A DNA stretch of 63,119 nucleotides, filler included, from an uncultured Ignavibacteriales bacterium (GTDB lineage Bacteria; Zixibacteria; MSB-5A5; GN15; JAAZOE01), in the NCBI GenBank assembly GCA_964611355.1. It is 4 parts of 4 records of this genome, joined end to end, with 100 filler letters (N's around TTAATTAATTAA, not from the genome) between each part and the next. Parts side by side here need not be neighbours in the genome. Positions count along the whole stretch, not along the records: positions 1 to 17,917 come from CAZSYD010000047.1; 3 more parts are not named here. The stretch is one strand, 5' to 3'. The notes below the pieces were generated by a model. That model did no database searches, was not told the origin of the DNA, and was given only the letters and a program-made list of their open reading frames with translations. Below are positions 1 to 10,891 of the stretch, piece by piece. A program made the position numbers and the translations under genes. Position 1 is the first letter of the stretch. Each line of letters opens with the position of its first letter.

Positions 1-230
1 GTGAGCGCTCCCAGAGAACTGTGCGGCCATGAGTTGTTGCAATCTTGTTTTCACTCAGTTAATTACTGTTTTGCATCCTCCAATGTCAAGAAGGATTAGC
101 CATTGAGAGACTCGTCACGGAGAGGTTTTTCACCTGCAGGGATTTTATCCGTATGGCAGAGGGCCATGGTATCAACAGTCGGCGCTTCATGCGCCGTCAC
201 GAACCCTTTCGCGACAGCTATATTGATGCA

Positions 231-462
231 GTAGCAGGTCACGCCGACTCGCGGCGTGACAAAATGAATGTCAAGCCCCAAGTGGGCTTGACCTACCAGA
301 CTGGCAGGTCTCTTTGAGACCTGTCCTACGAATTTAATACTTAAAAAAAGATCAAGTAGTAGTAGGTCAACCTCCTGTGGTTTTGACATTCTAAGAAATT
401 TTCCGTACATTTGACTATGTCCAAGCTTCGAAGATTCAAGACCCACCGCAAGGAGGTTGTCC
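231..462. repeat. Cluster of REP-like palindromes (GTAG-type)
   Basis: Hairpins gtcacgccg/cggcgtgac (238-260), gtcaagccc/gggcttgac followed by ctac (270-296; reads GTAG-palindrome on minus), caggtctc/gagacctg (305-323), GTAG-gtcaa..ttgac (362-387) with a degenerate inverted partner at about 436-462. Confidence 0.6.
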
Positions 463-472
463 CAAAAGTGCG

Positions 473-607
473 TGTTCCGGCAGGTCTTGCGGTTGCCGAA
501 GGCAAACGTGTGACCTGCCGGTTGATAGTCCTACTGTGCAACAATGGCTTATGAGTAATCGTCGGGTCACACCCTCGACTTCGTCGCATCCAAGACCCGA
601 CGGAACA
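473..607. repeat. Inverted pair of ~48-nt palindromic elements (REPIN-like)
   Basis: 473-521 (+) and 560-607 (-) both read TGTTCCG-stem-GAA inner hairpin-stem, with compensatory changes. Confidence 0.6.
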
Positions 608-633
608 GCAATAACTCTTATTCCACTAAAGCC

Positions 634-662
634 TTGCCAAGATGGCCATCGGGTATTATAAT
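634..662 (+). promoter_or_regulatory. sigma70-type promoter for HMG-CoA synthase operon
   Basis: TTGCCA-17 nt-TATAAT about 60 nt upstream of ATG 724. Confidence 0.6.
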
Positions 663-723
663 GGTTTTCTTTTATGTCATTGGACAAAAAGGAAATGTTT
701 AATCAATAGATTGAGGTACCCGC

Positions 724-1770
724 ATGGTTGGAATAGTTGGATACGGGGCGCATATACCGCGACACCGGATAAAGGTCGAGGAAATCGCCAAGGTCTGGGG
801 CGCCGACGCTCCCAGCTATAAGAGAGGGTTGATGCTTGAGCAGAAATCGGTTCCGACGCCGGACGTCGATACCATAACCCTTTCGGTCGAAGCGACCAAA
901 AACGCCCTCAAACGGGCAATGATAAACCCGAAGGATATAGGCGCTGTCTATGTCGGTTCGGAATCGCATCCGTACGCCGTCAAGCCGTCGGGAACGACAG
1001 TTGCCGAGGCAATCGGAGCGGTGCCGGACTGCCACTGCGCCGATTTCGAGTTTGCCTGCAAGGCCGGCTCGGAGGCGATGTTTGTCGCGTTGCAACTGGT
1101 TAAGTCAGGCTCCATGAAATATGCCCTTGCCGTCGGCGGCGACACCTCGCAGGGCGCTCCCGGCGACGCGCTCGAATATTCGGCCTCAGCCGGTGCGGCG
1201 GCCTTTATTATGGGTAAAAATAATCTCATAGCCGAAGACGTGGCGACCTATTCGTTTATGACCGACACGCCAGATTTCTGGCGGCGCGAATATGAATTCT
1301 ATCCTCAGCACGGGGGACGATTCACCGGCGAACCGGCTTATTTTCGGACGGTAATCGGCGCGGCTGAGGGAATTCTGAAAAAAGTCAAAATGAAAGCCAA
1401 AGATTTTGATTATGTAATCTTCCATCAGCCGAACGGCAAGTTCCCGCTTCGAGTGGGCAAAATGCTCGGCTTCACGAAAAAACAGATCGAGCCGGGGTGG
1501 TTGACGCCGCGCCTGGGAAATACCTATTCCGGTTCGTCTCCGCTGGGGTTGACCTCGACTCTCGATATCGCCAAACCGGGCGATATGATCCTGATGATAT
1601 CATACGGTTCCGGGGCCGGTTCGGACGCCTTCGTCTGGCGGGTGACCGATCGGATTAACGAAGTCCGCGACAAAGCCGTCCACACGACCAAGCTTCTGGA
1701 CGAAAACCAGATTTACGTTGATTACGGTACCTATGCCAAGTACCGCCACAAGATTCTGAAGAACAAGTAG
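724..1770 (+). CDS. Hydroxymethylglutaryl-CoA synthase, archaeal type
   Basis: Motifs [12 protein letters not shown] (Glu), FEFACKAG (catalytic Cys), FHQPNGKFP (His), [16 protein letters not shown]. Confidence 0.93.
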   Translation: MVGIVGYGAHIPRHRIKVEEIAKVWGADAPSYKRGLMLEQKSVPTPDVDTITLSVEATKNALKRAMINPKDIGAVYVGSESHPYAVKPSGTTVAEAIGAVPDCHCADFEFACKAGSEAMFVALQLVKSGSMKYALAVGGDTSQGAPGDALEYSASAGAAAFIMGKNNLIAEDVATYSFMTDTPDFWRREYEFYPQHGGRFTGEPAYFRTVIGAAEGILKKVKMKAKDFDYVIFHQPNGKFPLRVGKMLGFTKKQIEPGWLTPRLGNTYSGSSPLGLTSTLDIAKPGDMILMISYGSGAGSDAFVWRVTDRINEVRDKAVHTTKLLDENQIYVDYGTYAKYRHKILKNK

Positions 1771-1783
1771 GAGGATTATGAAA

Positions 1784-2944
1784 ATGAGGGAAGTTGCAGT
1801 AGTTGGCATCGGTATCCTGAAATGGGGCGAGCTTTGGGAGAAATCTTTCCGCAATATATTCACCGAAGCGGCCCTTAACTCCATCGATGACGCCGGTGTC
1901 GATCATATAGATTCGCTTTACGTGGGATGTATGACAGGCGGCCTGTTTGTCGGGCAGGAGCACGTCGGTGCGGTCATGGCCGATTATATCGGTCAGAAAA
2001 ATATTCCGGCCGTCCGCGTGGAGTCGGCCTGCGCATCCGGAGCCATAGCGTTCCGCCAGGCTTTCATGGAAGTCGCTTCCGGGATGTCCGACATCGTCAT
2101 GGCGGGCGGCGTCGAAAAAATGACCGACGTTTCCGGCGACGGCGCGACCTATGCGCTGGCCACCGCCGCCGATCAGGAATGGGAGGTTTTCCACGGTGTT
2201 ACCTTCCCGGGTCTGTATGCAATGATGGCCCGGGCCTACATGAAAAAATATAAGATGACACGCAAACAGCTTTCGGCGGTGCCGTACAAGAATCACCAGA
2301 ACGGCGCAAAAAATCCATACGCTCAATACTCGTTTCCGATTAAACTCGAAGACGTTGAAAAGGGCGTTCTGATTGCCGATCCGCTGCATATTCTTGACTG
2401 TTCGCCGATCACCGACGGCGCGGCCGCGGCGATTTTGACGACGGTTGATATAGCCAAAAAGCTGAAGAAACCGATTATCAAGGTAACCGGTTCCGGTCTG
2501 GCTACCGACACTATCGCTTTAGCGCAGCGGGAAAGCCTGACCTGGTTAAAATCAACCGAACTGGCCGGAAAGGCCGCTCTCAAGATGGCCGGCAGGAAAA
2601 TCACCGACATCGACCTTATTGAGGTGCATGATTGTTTCTCGATTGCAGAGATTATCGTGACCGAATCGCTTGGCCTTTTCAAACCGGGCAAAGGAGCGAA
2701 AGCGGCTGCCGACGGCGTGACGGCGCTGGACGGTAAAATTCCGGTCAATACTTCCGGTGGTCTGAAGGCCAAAGGTCACCCTGTCGGCGCGACCGGCATC
2801 GGTCAGGTGGTTGAAATCGTCAAGCAGCTTCGGGGCGAAGCCGAAAACGGCCGCCAGATTAAGGGCAATCCCAAAGTCGGGATGGCCCAGAATATGGGCG
2901 GTTCCGGCGCGTCAGCGGCTGTGCATATTATGGAGGTGGCATAA
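1784..2944 (+). CDS. Acetyl-CoA acetyltransferase (archaeal/SCP2-like thiolase)
   Basis: VESACASG catalytic Cys, [22 protein letters not shown] fits ATG 1784 (alternative 1778). Confidence 0.9.
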   Translation: MREVAVVGIGILKWGELWEKSFRNIFTEAALNSIDDAGVDHIDSLYVGCMTGGLFVGQEHVGAVMADYIGQKNIPAVRVESACASGAIAFRQAFMEVASGMSDIVMAGGVEKMTDVSGDGATYALATAADQEWEVFHGVTFPGLYAMMARAYMKKYKMTRKQLSAVPYKNHQNGAKNPYAQYSFPIKLEDVEKGVLIADPLHILDCSPITDGAAAAILTTVDIAKKLKKPIIKVTGSGLATDTIALAQRESLTWLKSTELAGKAALKMAGRKITDIDLIEVHDCFSIAEIIVTESLGLFKPGKGAKAAADGVTALDGKIPVNTSGGLKAKGHPVGATGIGQVVEIVKQLRGEAENGRQIKGNPKVGMAQNMGGSGASAAVHIMEVA

Positions 2945-3339
2945 TGTTTCCCGCGAGAATATGGCGTCAATTTCCACAGAGGTATCGTCTCGAAGCGGCC
3001 GTATGCAAAAAGTGCGGGAAGCGATATTATCCGCCTCGCCTGGTATGCGCCGAATGCGGCGGCCGCAAGTTCGAGCCTTATAAGCTTCCGGAAGAGGGCA
3101 AGCTGGAGACGTTCACGGTCATTCGCGTAGCTATGTCGCAGTTTTCCGATCAGGCTCCGTATGCGGTCGGAATCATCAAGTTTGACGACGGCTTGCAGAT
3201 GATGGGCCAGATCGCCGACTGTGATATCGACAAGATTAAGATCGGTATGAGATTGCGTTTGGAATTTCGGAAAATCCAGGTAGATGGTACGCACGGCGTC
3301 CTCAGCTATGGTTATAAGTTCGTGCCCAAGTGGTATTAG
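2944..3339 (+). CDS. DUF35 Zn-ribbon/OB-fold protein (thiolase-HMGCS scaffold)
   Basis: CKKCG..YYPPR.VCAECG zinc ribbon plus OB fold; TAATG coupling to thiolase. Confidence 0.9.
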   Translation: MFPARIWRQFPQRYRLEAAVCKKCGKRYYPPRLVCAECGGRKFEPYKLPEEGKLETFTVIRVAMSQFSDQAPYAVGIIKFDDGLQMMGQIADCDIDKIKIGMRLRLEFRKIQVDGTHGVLSYGYKFVPKWY

Positions 3340-3423
3340 GATAGAGAGAGGAGAATCAGCCAGATTTTAACCTCCGCGGCCTGCTCGCAGTGGGCGATAA
3401 TGCGGGTTTGATATCGGGTAACC

Positions 3424-5031
3424 ATGTTCAGAATAGAATCAAAGGTTGACACCAAGTCGGCTGCTTTCAAGGAAAACGACCGGCTCAACAGGGAAGCGTC
3501 GCGCATTTACAAGGAACGCCTGGAGGAAATCAAGTTAGGCGGCCCGGAAAAGGCTCGCAAACTGCACACCGACCGCAAAAAAATCCTGCCGCGCCAGCGG
3601 GTCGAGATGCTTCTTGACAGGAATACGCCGTTTCTGGAATTATCGCCGCTGGCGGCATACGACAAGTACAATAGCGAAATGCCCGCGGCGGGGATGATAA
3701 CCGGTATCGGTATCATCCAGGGCCGTGAAGTGATGATCGTCGCCAATGATGCTACGGTCAAGGGCGGAACTTATGTTCCTGAAACGATCAAAAAACATAT
3801 CCGGGCGCAGGATATCGCTCTGGAAAATAATTTGCCGTGCGTATATCTGGTTGACTCCGGCGGTATCTTTCTGCCTGAACAGGCCGGTGTGTTCGCCGAC
3901 AAAGAGCATTTTGGCCATATCTTTTTCAACCAGGCTCAGCTTTCGGCCAAAAGGATTCCGCAGATCGCGGTGGTAATGGGCTCGTGCACGGCGGGCGGCG
4001 CTTATGTTCCGGCCATGTCGGATGAAGCTGTTATCGTTCGCAAGCAGGGGACGATTTTTATCGGCGGCCCGCCGCTGGTCAAGGCGGCTACCGGCGAAGA
4101 AGTGTCGGCCGAAGATTTGGGCGGAGCCGATGTCCACTGCCGTATTTCGGGCGTTGCAGATCACTACGCGCAAAACGATGAGCACGCTATCGCCGTCACT
4201 CGCAATATCGTCGAGAATCTTGAACGGCCGCACAAATTTCCGCTCGATATCGCCTCGTCCGAAGAACCGTATTACGATCCCGAAGAGCTGTTTGGCGTGG
4301 TTCCCAACGATATCCGCCAGACGTACGATGTCCGCGAAGTTATCGCCCGGCTGGTTGACGGTTCCCGTTTTCAGGAATTCAAGGAGCTATACGCTATGAC
4401 GCTGGTGACCGGATTCGCGCGCATTAACGGTTACCCTGTGGGCATACTTGGTAATAACGGTGTCCTGTTCAGCGAGTCATCGCTTAAAGGCTCGCATTTT
4501 ATCGAACTCTGCTGCCTGAGAAAAATTCCCCTGGTGTTTTTGCAGAATATATCCGGCTTTATCGTCGGCAAACAATATGAGCACGGCGGTATCGCGCGCG
4601 ACGGGGCCAAATTCGTCCATGCTGTAGCTAATGCCCAGGTTCCCAAATTCACGGTCGTCATCGGCGGGTCATTCGGCGCCGGTAATTACGCCATGTGCGG
4701 CCGAGGGTACGAGCCGAGACTTATGTGGATGTGGCCGATGGCCAAAATCTCGGTAATGGGCGGCGAACAGGCGGCCGGCGTTCTGGCGGATGTCAATATC
4801 GCCAAGGCGGCGCGCAAAGGCCGGACTCTTACGGAAGAGGAAGTCGAGGCGGTCAAAAGACCGATCATTGATCGGTATGAACATGAGTCGTCGCCGTACT
4901 TCGCCACGGCTCGCTTATGGGACGACGGTATCATCGATATGACGGAAACCCGCGACGCTCTCACGCTTGGTATCGCCATGTCGCTGAATAAGGATATCCC
5001 CGATCACAACTTTGGCGTCTTCAGAATGTAG
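3424..5031 (+). CDS. liuB: 3-methylcrotonyl-CoA carboxylase-type carboxyltransferase (beta) subunit
   Basis: [51 protein letters not shown]. Confidence 0.88.
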   Translation: MFRIESKVDTKSAAFKENDRLNREASRIYKERLEEIKLGGPEKARKLHTDRKKILPRQRVEMLLDRNTPFLELSPLAAYDKYNSEMPAAGMITGIGIIQGREVMIVANDATVKGGTYVPETIKKHIRAQDIALENNLPCVYLVDSGGIFLPEQAGVFADKEHFGHIFFNQAQLSAKRIPQIAVVMGSCTAGGAYVPAMSDEAVIVRKQGTIFIGGPPLVKAATGEEVSAEDLGGADVHCRISGVADHYAQNDEHAIAVTRNIVENLERPHKFPLDIASSEEPYYDPEELFGVVPNDIRQTYDVREVIARLVDGSRFQEFKELYAMTLVTGFARINGYPVGILGNNGVLFSESSLKGSHFIELCCLRKIPLVFLQNISGFIVGKQYEHGGIARDGAKFVHAVANAQVPKFTVVIGGSFGAGNYAMCGRGYEPRLMWMWPMAKISVMGGEQAAGVLADVNIAKAARKGRTLTEEEVEAVKRPIIDRYEHESSPYFATARLWDDGIIDMTETRDALTLGIAMSLNKDIPDHNFGVFRM

Positions 5032-5035
5032 ACTT

Positions 5036-5827
5036 ATGGATAAAACATACGAAACGATCAAAATACAAAAAGAAGGGCTGGTGGCGAAGGTCATCTTTTG
5101 TCGGCCTGAAGTTCACAATGCCTTTAATGATACGCTGATTTATGAAATGACCGACCTGTTCAAATCCGTCAGGGAAGACAAAGACTTGAGGGTGATTGTC
5201 CTGACCGGTGAGGGAAAATCATTTTGCGCCGGAGCCGACCTCAACTGGATGCGTCGGGTCAAAGATTACAGTTACGAGAAAAACCTTGAAGAATCGCTGG
5301 CGCTGGCCGACCTGTTTTACCTGATTTATACCATGCCGCTGCCGGTTATCGGCCGGATAAACGGCGCCGCCATAGGGGGCGGAACCGGCTTTGTGTCGGT
5401 TTGTGATATTGCCGTGGCCGCCGAGTCGGCCAGATTTTCGTTTTCCGAAGTGAAGATCGGGCTCGTTCCGGCCTGTATCGGACCCTATGTAATCAAAAAA
5501 ATTGGTGAAGGGAAAGCGCGCGAATATTTTATTTCCGGCGAGCGACTCACCGCCGCCGACGCTTATCGCATCGGTCTGGTCAACCGTTATTATCCGGACG
5601 ACAGACTCGACGAGGAACTCGATAAATTAGTCGGGACAATTCTATCTTCCGGCCCCAATGCTATTAAAATGGCCAAGGAGCTTATATCGAACGTTCCCCT
5701 GATGACTCCGGATAAATTCAAACCTTACACCGCCGAAATGATCGCAAAGCTGCGCAAATCGGATGAAGGTCAGGAAGGTATGGACGCTTTTCTCAATAAA
5801 CGCAAACCAAACTGGGTGATCGAGTAG
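5036..5827 (+). CDS. liuC: Enoyl-CoA hydratase, methylglutaconyl-CoA hydratase-like
   Basis: Crotonase motifs FCAGADL, GAAIGGG, FSEVKIGLVP; lies between MCC subunits. Confidence 0.8.
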   Translation: MDKTYETIKIQKEGLVAKVIFCRPEVHNAFNDTLIYEMTDLFKSVREDKDLRVIVLTGEGKSFCAGADLNWMRRVKDYSYEKNLEESLALADLFYLIYTMPLPVIGRINGAAIGGGTGFVSVCDIAVAAESARFSFSEVKIGLVPACIGPYVIKKIGEGKAREYFISGERLTAADAYRIGLVNRYYPDDRLDEELDKLVGTILSSGPNAIKMAKELISNVPLMTPDKFKPYTAEMIAKLRKSDEGQEGMDAFLNKRKPNWVIE

Positions 5828-5829
5828 TC

Positions 5830-7350
5830 ATGCCGAAGCTGTTTAATAAAGTCCTGATTGCCAATCGAGGAGAAATCGCCGTTCGGGTAATCCGGGCGTG
5901 TCGGACGCTCGATATCAAAACCGCAACGGTCTATTCCACCGCCGATAAATATGCCGTTCACACTTTGATGGGCGACGAAAAATACGAAATCGGCCCGCCG
6001 CCGCCTCTGGAGTCGTATTTGAATATCGATAAAATTATCGAAGTCGCCCAGCGGGTGGGAGCGCAGGCGATTCATCCCGGGTATGGCTTTCTGGCGGAAA
6101 ATCCCAAATTTGCGCAGGCCTGCGTTAACAACGGTATGGCTTTTATCGGATCGACTCCCGAATCGATCCGGCTCATGGGAAACAAGATTGAATCGCGCCG
6201 GGAAATGGCTAATGCAAACGTGCCGCTTATTCCCGGTATGGAGAAGGCCGGAGGCGATATTGAAGAATTCAAAATAGCCGCGGAGAAGGCTGGGTATCCT
6301 GTGTTGATAAAGGCGGCCGGCGGAGGCGGCGGCAAGGGAATGCGCATCGTCAATAATCGCGACGAACTTGATACGGCGGTCGAGGGCGCGCGCCGCGAAT
6401 CGAAATCGGCGTTCGGTGATGATACGGTTTATCTTGAAAAATATATCGTCGATCCCCGTCACATAGAATTTCAGATTCTGGCGGATACTCACGGCAATGC
6501 CGTTCATCTATTCGAACGCGAATGTTCCATCCAGCGTCGGCATCAAAAGATCATCGAAGAGACGCCGTCGGTGGCGGTGACGCCGGAATTGCGGAAAAAA
6601 ATGGGCGAAGCGGCCGTGGCCGTGGCCAAAGCAGCCGGATACGTCAATGCGGGTACGGTGGAGTTTTTGCTCGATCCCGACGGCAAGTTCTACTTTCTCG
6701 AAATGAATACCCGTATCCAGGTGGAGCATCCTGTTACCGAGGAAGTGGTCGGTGTTGATCTCGTGGCCGAACAGATTCGCATTGCCTCAGGTTTTCCGCT
6801 ATCGGATCATTTCAAAGACCTCAGGCAGCGCGGCCACGCTATCGAATGCCGTATTTATGCCGAGGATGCGGCCAACAATTTTATGCCGTGTATCGGAAAG
6901 ATTCTGCTTTATCGGGAACCGACCGGCCCCGGCGTACGGGTTGATTCCGGCGTCAGGCAGGGAAGCGAAGTCGGCATCGATTACGATCCCATCTTAGCCA
7001 AGCTGATCGCCTGGGGCGAAAATCGTGATATGGCCCGCGCCCGAATGATAAAAGCCTTAAATGATTACAAGATATTGGGCCTGCGCCATTCGATAAAATA
7101 CCTTGCCGATATTATTGCGCATCCCAAATTCGCGTCAGGAGAGACTTATACAAGTTTTATCGATCGCAATTTCTTCGACTGGAAAGAAAAGACCGGCGAA
7201 AATCTTGAGGTTGCCCTTGCCGCCGCCGCTGTGATCAACGCTAATGGAGGCGGGAAAATCGCCGTTTTTGGCGGCAACGGCGAAGTCGAAAGATCGTACA
7301 ACCCCTGGCTGACGATGGGCCACTGGCGGATAGGGGAGAAAATTAAATGA
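5830..7350 (+). CDS. accC: Biotin carboxylase subunit (acyl-CoA carboxylase alpha)
   Basis: ANRGEIA, HPGYGFLAEN, GGGGKGMR, ERECSIQRRHQK, EMNTRIQVEH, RVDSG. Confidence 0.92.
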   Translation: MPKLFNKVLIANRGEIAVRVIRACRTLDIKTATVYSTADKYAVHTLMGDEKYEIGPPPPLESYLNIDKIIEVAQRVGAQAIHPGYGFLAENPKFAQACVNNGMAFIGSTPESIRLMGNKIESRREMANANVPLIPGMEKAGGDIEEFKIAAEKAGYPVLIKAAGGGGGKGMRIVNNRDELDTAVEGARRESKSAFGDDTVYLEKYIVDPRHIEFQILADTHGNAVHLFERECSIQRRHQKIIEETPSVAVTPELRKKMGEAAVAVAKAAGYVNAGTVEFLLDPDGKFYFLEMNTRIQVEHPVTEEVVGVDLVAEQIRIASGFPLSDHFKDLRQRGHAIECRIYAEDAANNFMPCIGKILLYREPTGPGVRVDSGVRQGSEVGIDYDPILAKLIAWGENRDMARARMIKALNDYKILGLRHSIKYLADIIAHPKFASGETYTSFIDRNFFDWKEKTGENLEVALAAAAVINANGGGKIAVFGGNGEVERSYNPWLTMGHWRIGEKIK

Positions 7351-7841
7351 ACCAGGAGTTCGTCTATAAGGGCGAAAGCAGGGCGGTTGAACTAAAGAAT
7401 AATCGTTTCGCCTCCTTCCCCAATAGTTCGAATACGATTGAAATCGAATATACGCCGGACGGCCGCTTGTTTCTGCATAACGGTACGCAGGCCAGGGAGA
7501 TTTATGCCGCCGTTGACGGCGACAAGACCTTTGTCGATATCGACGGCGTTCTTTACGAATTCGCTCTTCCCTCGCAGGATGCATCGGCCGCCGGAGGCGG
7601 CGCCGGTATGGCCGAAGACCCATCGAAAGTCTTCGCTCCGATGCCGGGGAAGATCGTCAAGATCATGGTCGGAGTGGGCGATACGGTCGAGCCGAAACAG
7701 CATCTGGTCATCGTCGAAGCGATGAAAATGGAAAATATTATTATCGCTCAGGGCAAGGGTAAAGTCATCGCCGTTAATTTTTCCGTCGGCCAGCAGGTGG
7801 ACACCGACAATCCGATTATTGAGTTGGAATTGGATAGTTAG
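7347..7841 (+). CDS. Biotin carboxyl carrier protein with N-terminal BT-like domain
   Basis: APMPG and EAMKM biotinylation motif; ATGA overlap. Confidence 0.9.
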   Translation: MNQEFVYKGESRAVELKNNRFASFPNSSNTIEIEYTPDGRLFLHNGTQAREIYAAVDGDKTFVDIDGVLYEFALPSQDASAAGGGAGMAEDPSKVFAPMPGKIVKIMVGVGDTVEPKQHLVIVEAMKMENIIIAQGKGKVIAVNFSVGQQVDTDNPIIELELDS

Positions 7842-7924
7842 TCACAGTTCGAACAGGTCGGCGTTCCGATCCGCCACAGGCGGAGAGAAACCCGATATAG
7901 AAAAGATTTTGGATGCGGGCTGGA

Positions 7925-8497
7925 TTACAAGCTAATATTCAACCCCCCTGTTATCGGAATATAATCGAGGTTTCCTTCGGTGAGTGAAATCTTACAGTAC
8001 CGGCCTTCGAGGAAGAAATTGATTTTGGGAAGCGCATTGACCTTTATGCCGCCGCCGAAGCAGTAGAAGAATTTTGTTTTCGGTTCCAGACCGCCCAAAT
8101 CGCCCAACGCGCCGCTTATGATGTCAAATATGTCCTGCGAAAAGTTATACCTAGCGACGCCCGCTCCGATCAGCGCATACGGCCGGAATTTCAGGCCCGG
8201 AGCCGCTAGATTGGCCCGGACATCAAGGCCGTATTCGGAGACGGTGAAGGTTTCGTCGTCGTTTTCTTTGAATGGAAACGAATGATAGCCGAATCGTGCT
8301 ACCGTTTCCAGCATCGGAACCGGGCTGAAACCCAGACCGACCATGCCGTGATAGCCGGTTTTACAGATATCTTTCATGTCGGTTGTGGGAACCGACAGGC
8401 CGCCTCCGCCGTAGATATTAAAACCGAGACTGACCTGTGCCGCCGCAGGTGCTGCGCACAGGGTAATGGCGGTAACCGCCGTAATAAAAATCTTCAT
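7925..8497 (-). CDS. Outer-membrane beta-barrel protein (OmpA/OmpW-like)
   Basis: Signal peptide ending AAA-Q, amphipathic beta strands, FRPYALIGAG, terminal strand GGLNISL. Confidence 0.75.
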   Translation of the reverse strand: MKIFITAVTAITLCAAPAAAQVSLGFNIYGGGGLSVPTTDMKDICKTGYHGMVGLGFSPVPMLETVARFGYHSFPFKENDDETFTVSEYGLDVRANLAAPGLKFRPYALIGAGVARYNFSQDIFDIISGALGDLGGLEPKTKFFYCFGGGIKVNALPKINFFLEGRYCKISLTEGNLDYIPITGGLNISL

Positions 8498-8709
8498 TTT
8501 ATCCTCTCTGGTCTTTTATTAAGAAATTGCTATCTTTCAGCTATCAATTAAGCAAATGCCTCTTAATATTATCGGCAATTTCGACCCGTTATTAGATTAT
8601 GTCTCCCTGAAATTTGCGATTATAAATCTATCGCAGATCAAATACCCGCGCAACAATAATTATGAACGCCTTCTAATAGTATCCCGTCTGATCAGAAACA
8701 ATCTCGTGA

Positions 8710-8727
8710 TTGTGATTTTTTTCACTT
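8710..8727 (+). promoter_or_regulatory. Rex/CRP-like operator upstream of thiolase-hbd operon
   Basis: TTGTGA-TTTTTT-TCACTT abutting a putative -35 TTGCGC. Confidence 0.4.
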
Positions 8728-8804
8728 GCGCTTGGAGGCCTCTTTTAATATTTTAATAATTCTAACCAATTGTCTTTTTTAGGGCATAACCTCGTGGAGG
8801 AATA

Positions 8805-9998
8805 ATGATGTCTGATTTAAATGAAGTTTATATAGTCTCAGCCTGTCGGAGCGCTATCGGCGTTATTTTGGGGGGGGTATCGACTGTCCCCGCTCCGATG
8901 CTTGGTGCGTTTGCGATCAGGGAAGCGGTTAAACGGGCCGGCGTTGACCCGAACAAGGTTGACGAGGTCATTATGGGCGAGGTTGTTCAGGCCGGTGTGG
9001 GCCAGGCTCCGGCGCGCCAGGCTGCCATACACGGAGGCATCCCGGCCAAGGCCGGCACGATGACGATTAATAAAGTCTGTGCGTCAAGTTTGAAAGCGGT
9101 TGTGCTGGCGACTCAGGCGATTCGTCTGGGTGATGCCGACTGTGTTATTGCGGGTGGCATGGAGTCGATGTCCGGAACGCCGTATGTAATCCATGGCGCC
9201 AAAGCGGGCTTCAGGTTCGGCGATCGCAAGTTGCAGGATTCGATGATACTTGACGGACTCTGGTGTTCGTTCAAGGACTGGCATATGGGACGCGCCGCCG
9301 AGCTGACCGCGGAAAAATCAAACATCAGCCGCGAAGAACAGGATGAATACGCGTTCAATTCGCATAAGAAGGCAGTGGCCGCTCAGGAAGCCGGAAAATT
9401 CGATAAAGAGATTTTCCCGATTGAAATTCCCCAGCGCAAAGGCGATCCGATCATCTTCAAGAAGGATGAAGGCCCTCGGGGCAATATCTCCATGGAATTG
9501 CTGGCCAGACTGCGTCCAGCGTTCCAGAAGGACGGTACCGTTACTGCCGGTAACTCTCCGGGCTTGAACGACGGCAGTTCCGCGCTGGTTGTTGTTTCCG
9601 AAAAATTCATGAAGGAAAACAACCTGACGCCAATAGCGCGTGTGGTTAATTACGTTACCGCCGGTGTCGAGCCGGAGCTATTATTCTACGCCCCGATCTA
9701 CGCCGTACGCAGCCTGTGCGACAAGATGAGCGTCAAGGTCGACCATTTTGATCTTATCGAAGCCAACGAGGCGTTTTCGGTCCAATGTCTGGCCGACGGC
9801 AGGGAACTGGGCTGGGATTGGGACCGCGTTAACGTGCACGGGGGAGCCGTGGCGCTGGGCCACCCGATCGGAGCTTCCGGCGCACGTGTATTGACAACGC
9901 TGCTGTATGCGCTGCAGGATCGTGGTAAAAAGAAAGGTCTGGCAACTCTGTGCCTGGGCGGCGGCCATGCTGTTGCGCTGGCCGTGGAAATGGTATAA
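8805..9998 (+). CDS. atoB: Acetyl-CoA C-acetyltransferase (classical thiolase)
   Basis: [26 protein letters not shown]. Confidence 0.92.
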   Translation: MMSDLNEVYIVSACRSAIGVILGGVSTVPAPMLGAFAIREAVKRAGVDPNKVDEVIMGEVVQAGVGQAPARQAAIHGGIPAKAGTMTINKVCASSLKAVVLATQAIRLGDADCVIAGGMESMSGTPYVIHGAKAGFRFGDRKLQDSMILDGLWCSFKDWHMGRAAELTAEKSNISREEQDEYAFNSHKKAVAAQEAGKFDKEIFPIEIPQRKGDPIIFKKDEGPRGNISMELLARLRPAFQKDGTVTAGNSPGLNDGSSALVVVSEKFMKENNLTPIARVVNYVTAGVEPELLFYAPIYAVRSLCDKMSVKVDHFDLIEANEAFSVQCLADGRELGWDWDRVNVHGGAVALGHPIGASGARVLTTLLYALQDRGKKKGLATLCLGGGHAVALAVEMV

Positions 9999-10019
9999 AA
10001 TGACATCCGGGAGGAAACT

Positions 10020-10880
10020 GTGAACGTTGAGGATATAAAACAAGTCACTGTCGTGGGGGCCGGCACGATGGGCAATGGTATTTGCCATCAATTCGCCGCC
10101 TGCGATTACAAGGTGAACATAGTCGATACCGATCAGGGTATTCTGGATCGAGCAATCAAGGCTATTACCGGGAATATGGATCGGCAGGTTAGAAAAGAAA
10201 TCATCACCGAGGATGAGAAGAATCGGGCTCTGGCCCGGATTTCAACCGGAACCGATTTGAATGTGGCCCGGGATTCGCAGGTGGTGGTTGAAGCCGTTTT
10301 CGAAGATCTTAATATCAAGCTTGATCTCTTCAGAAAGCTTGACCGGATCTGCCCGTCCGATACGATTCTAACTTCCAACACTTCCTCGCTTTCGATTACC
10401 CAATTGGGCGGCGTTACCAAACGAGCTGACCGGGTTATCGGCATGCACTTTATGAATCCGGTGCCGATAATGAAGCTGATCGAACTGGTTCGCGGTATAG
10501 CCACGTCCGACGAGACCTTCAATACCATTAAGGTTCTTTCTGAAAAACTAAAAAAGACTCCGGTCGGGGTCAACGATTATCCCGGGTTTATCTCCAACCG
10601 CATCCTGATGCCGATGATAAACGAGGCGGTTTACGCCCTGATGGAAGGCGTCGGCAGCAAAGAAGCGATTGACACCGTGATGCAGTTGGGCATGGCCCAT
10701 CCGATGGGGCCGCTGACGCTGGCTGATTTTATCGGGCTGGATGTCTGTCTGGCGATTATGGAAGTGCTCTATGAAGGGTACAGTGATTCCAAGTACCGGC
10801 CCTGCCCTCTGCTGCGCAAAATGGTGCTGGCCGGGTACCTGGGCCGTAAAACGGGGCGGGGCTTTTATGAATATCAATAG
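10020..10880 (+). CDS. hbd: 3-hydroxybutyryl-CoA dehydrogenase
   Basis: GAGTMG Rossmann motif, [34 protein letters not shown]. Confidence 0.93.
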   Translation: MNVEDIKQVTVVGAGTMGNGICHQFAACDYKVNIVDTDQGILDRAIKAITGNMDRQVRKEIITEDEKNRALARISTGTDLNVARDSQVVVEAVFEDLNIKLDLFRKLDRICPSDTILTSNTSSLSITQLGGVTKRADRVIGMHFMNPVPIMKLIELVRGIATSDETFNTIKVLSEKLKKTPVGVNDYPGFISNRILMPMINEAVYALMEGVGSKEAIDTVMQLGMAHPMGPLTLADFIGLDVCLAIMEVLYEGYSDSKYRPCPLLRKMVLAGYLGRKTGRGFYEYQ

Positions 10881-10891
10881 GAGACTAAGCG

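Noticed and set aside
96..687. Minus-strand ORFs 96-446, 341-589 and 436-687
   Set aside because: No recognisable motifs or RBS; they run through palindromic repeats and are probably spurious.
724..3339. PhlABC (diacetylphloroglucinol acetyltransferase) cluster
   Set aside because: Same three folds, but the HMGCS keeps its Glu/Cys/His catalytic set and no PhlD type III PKS is present.
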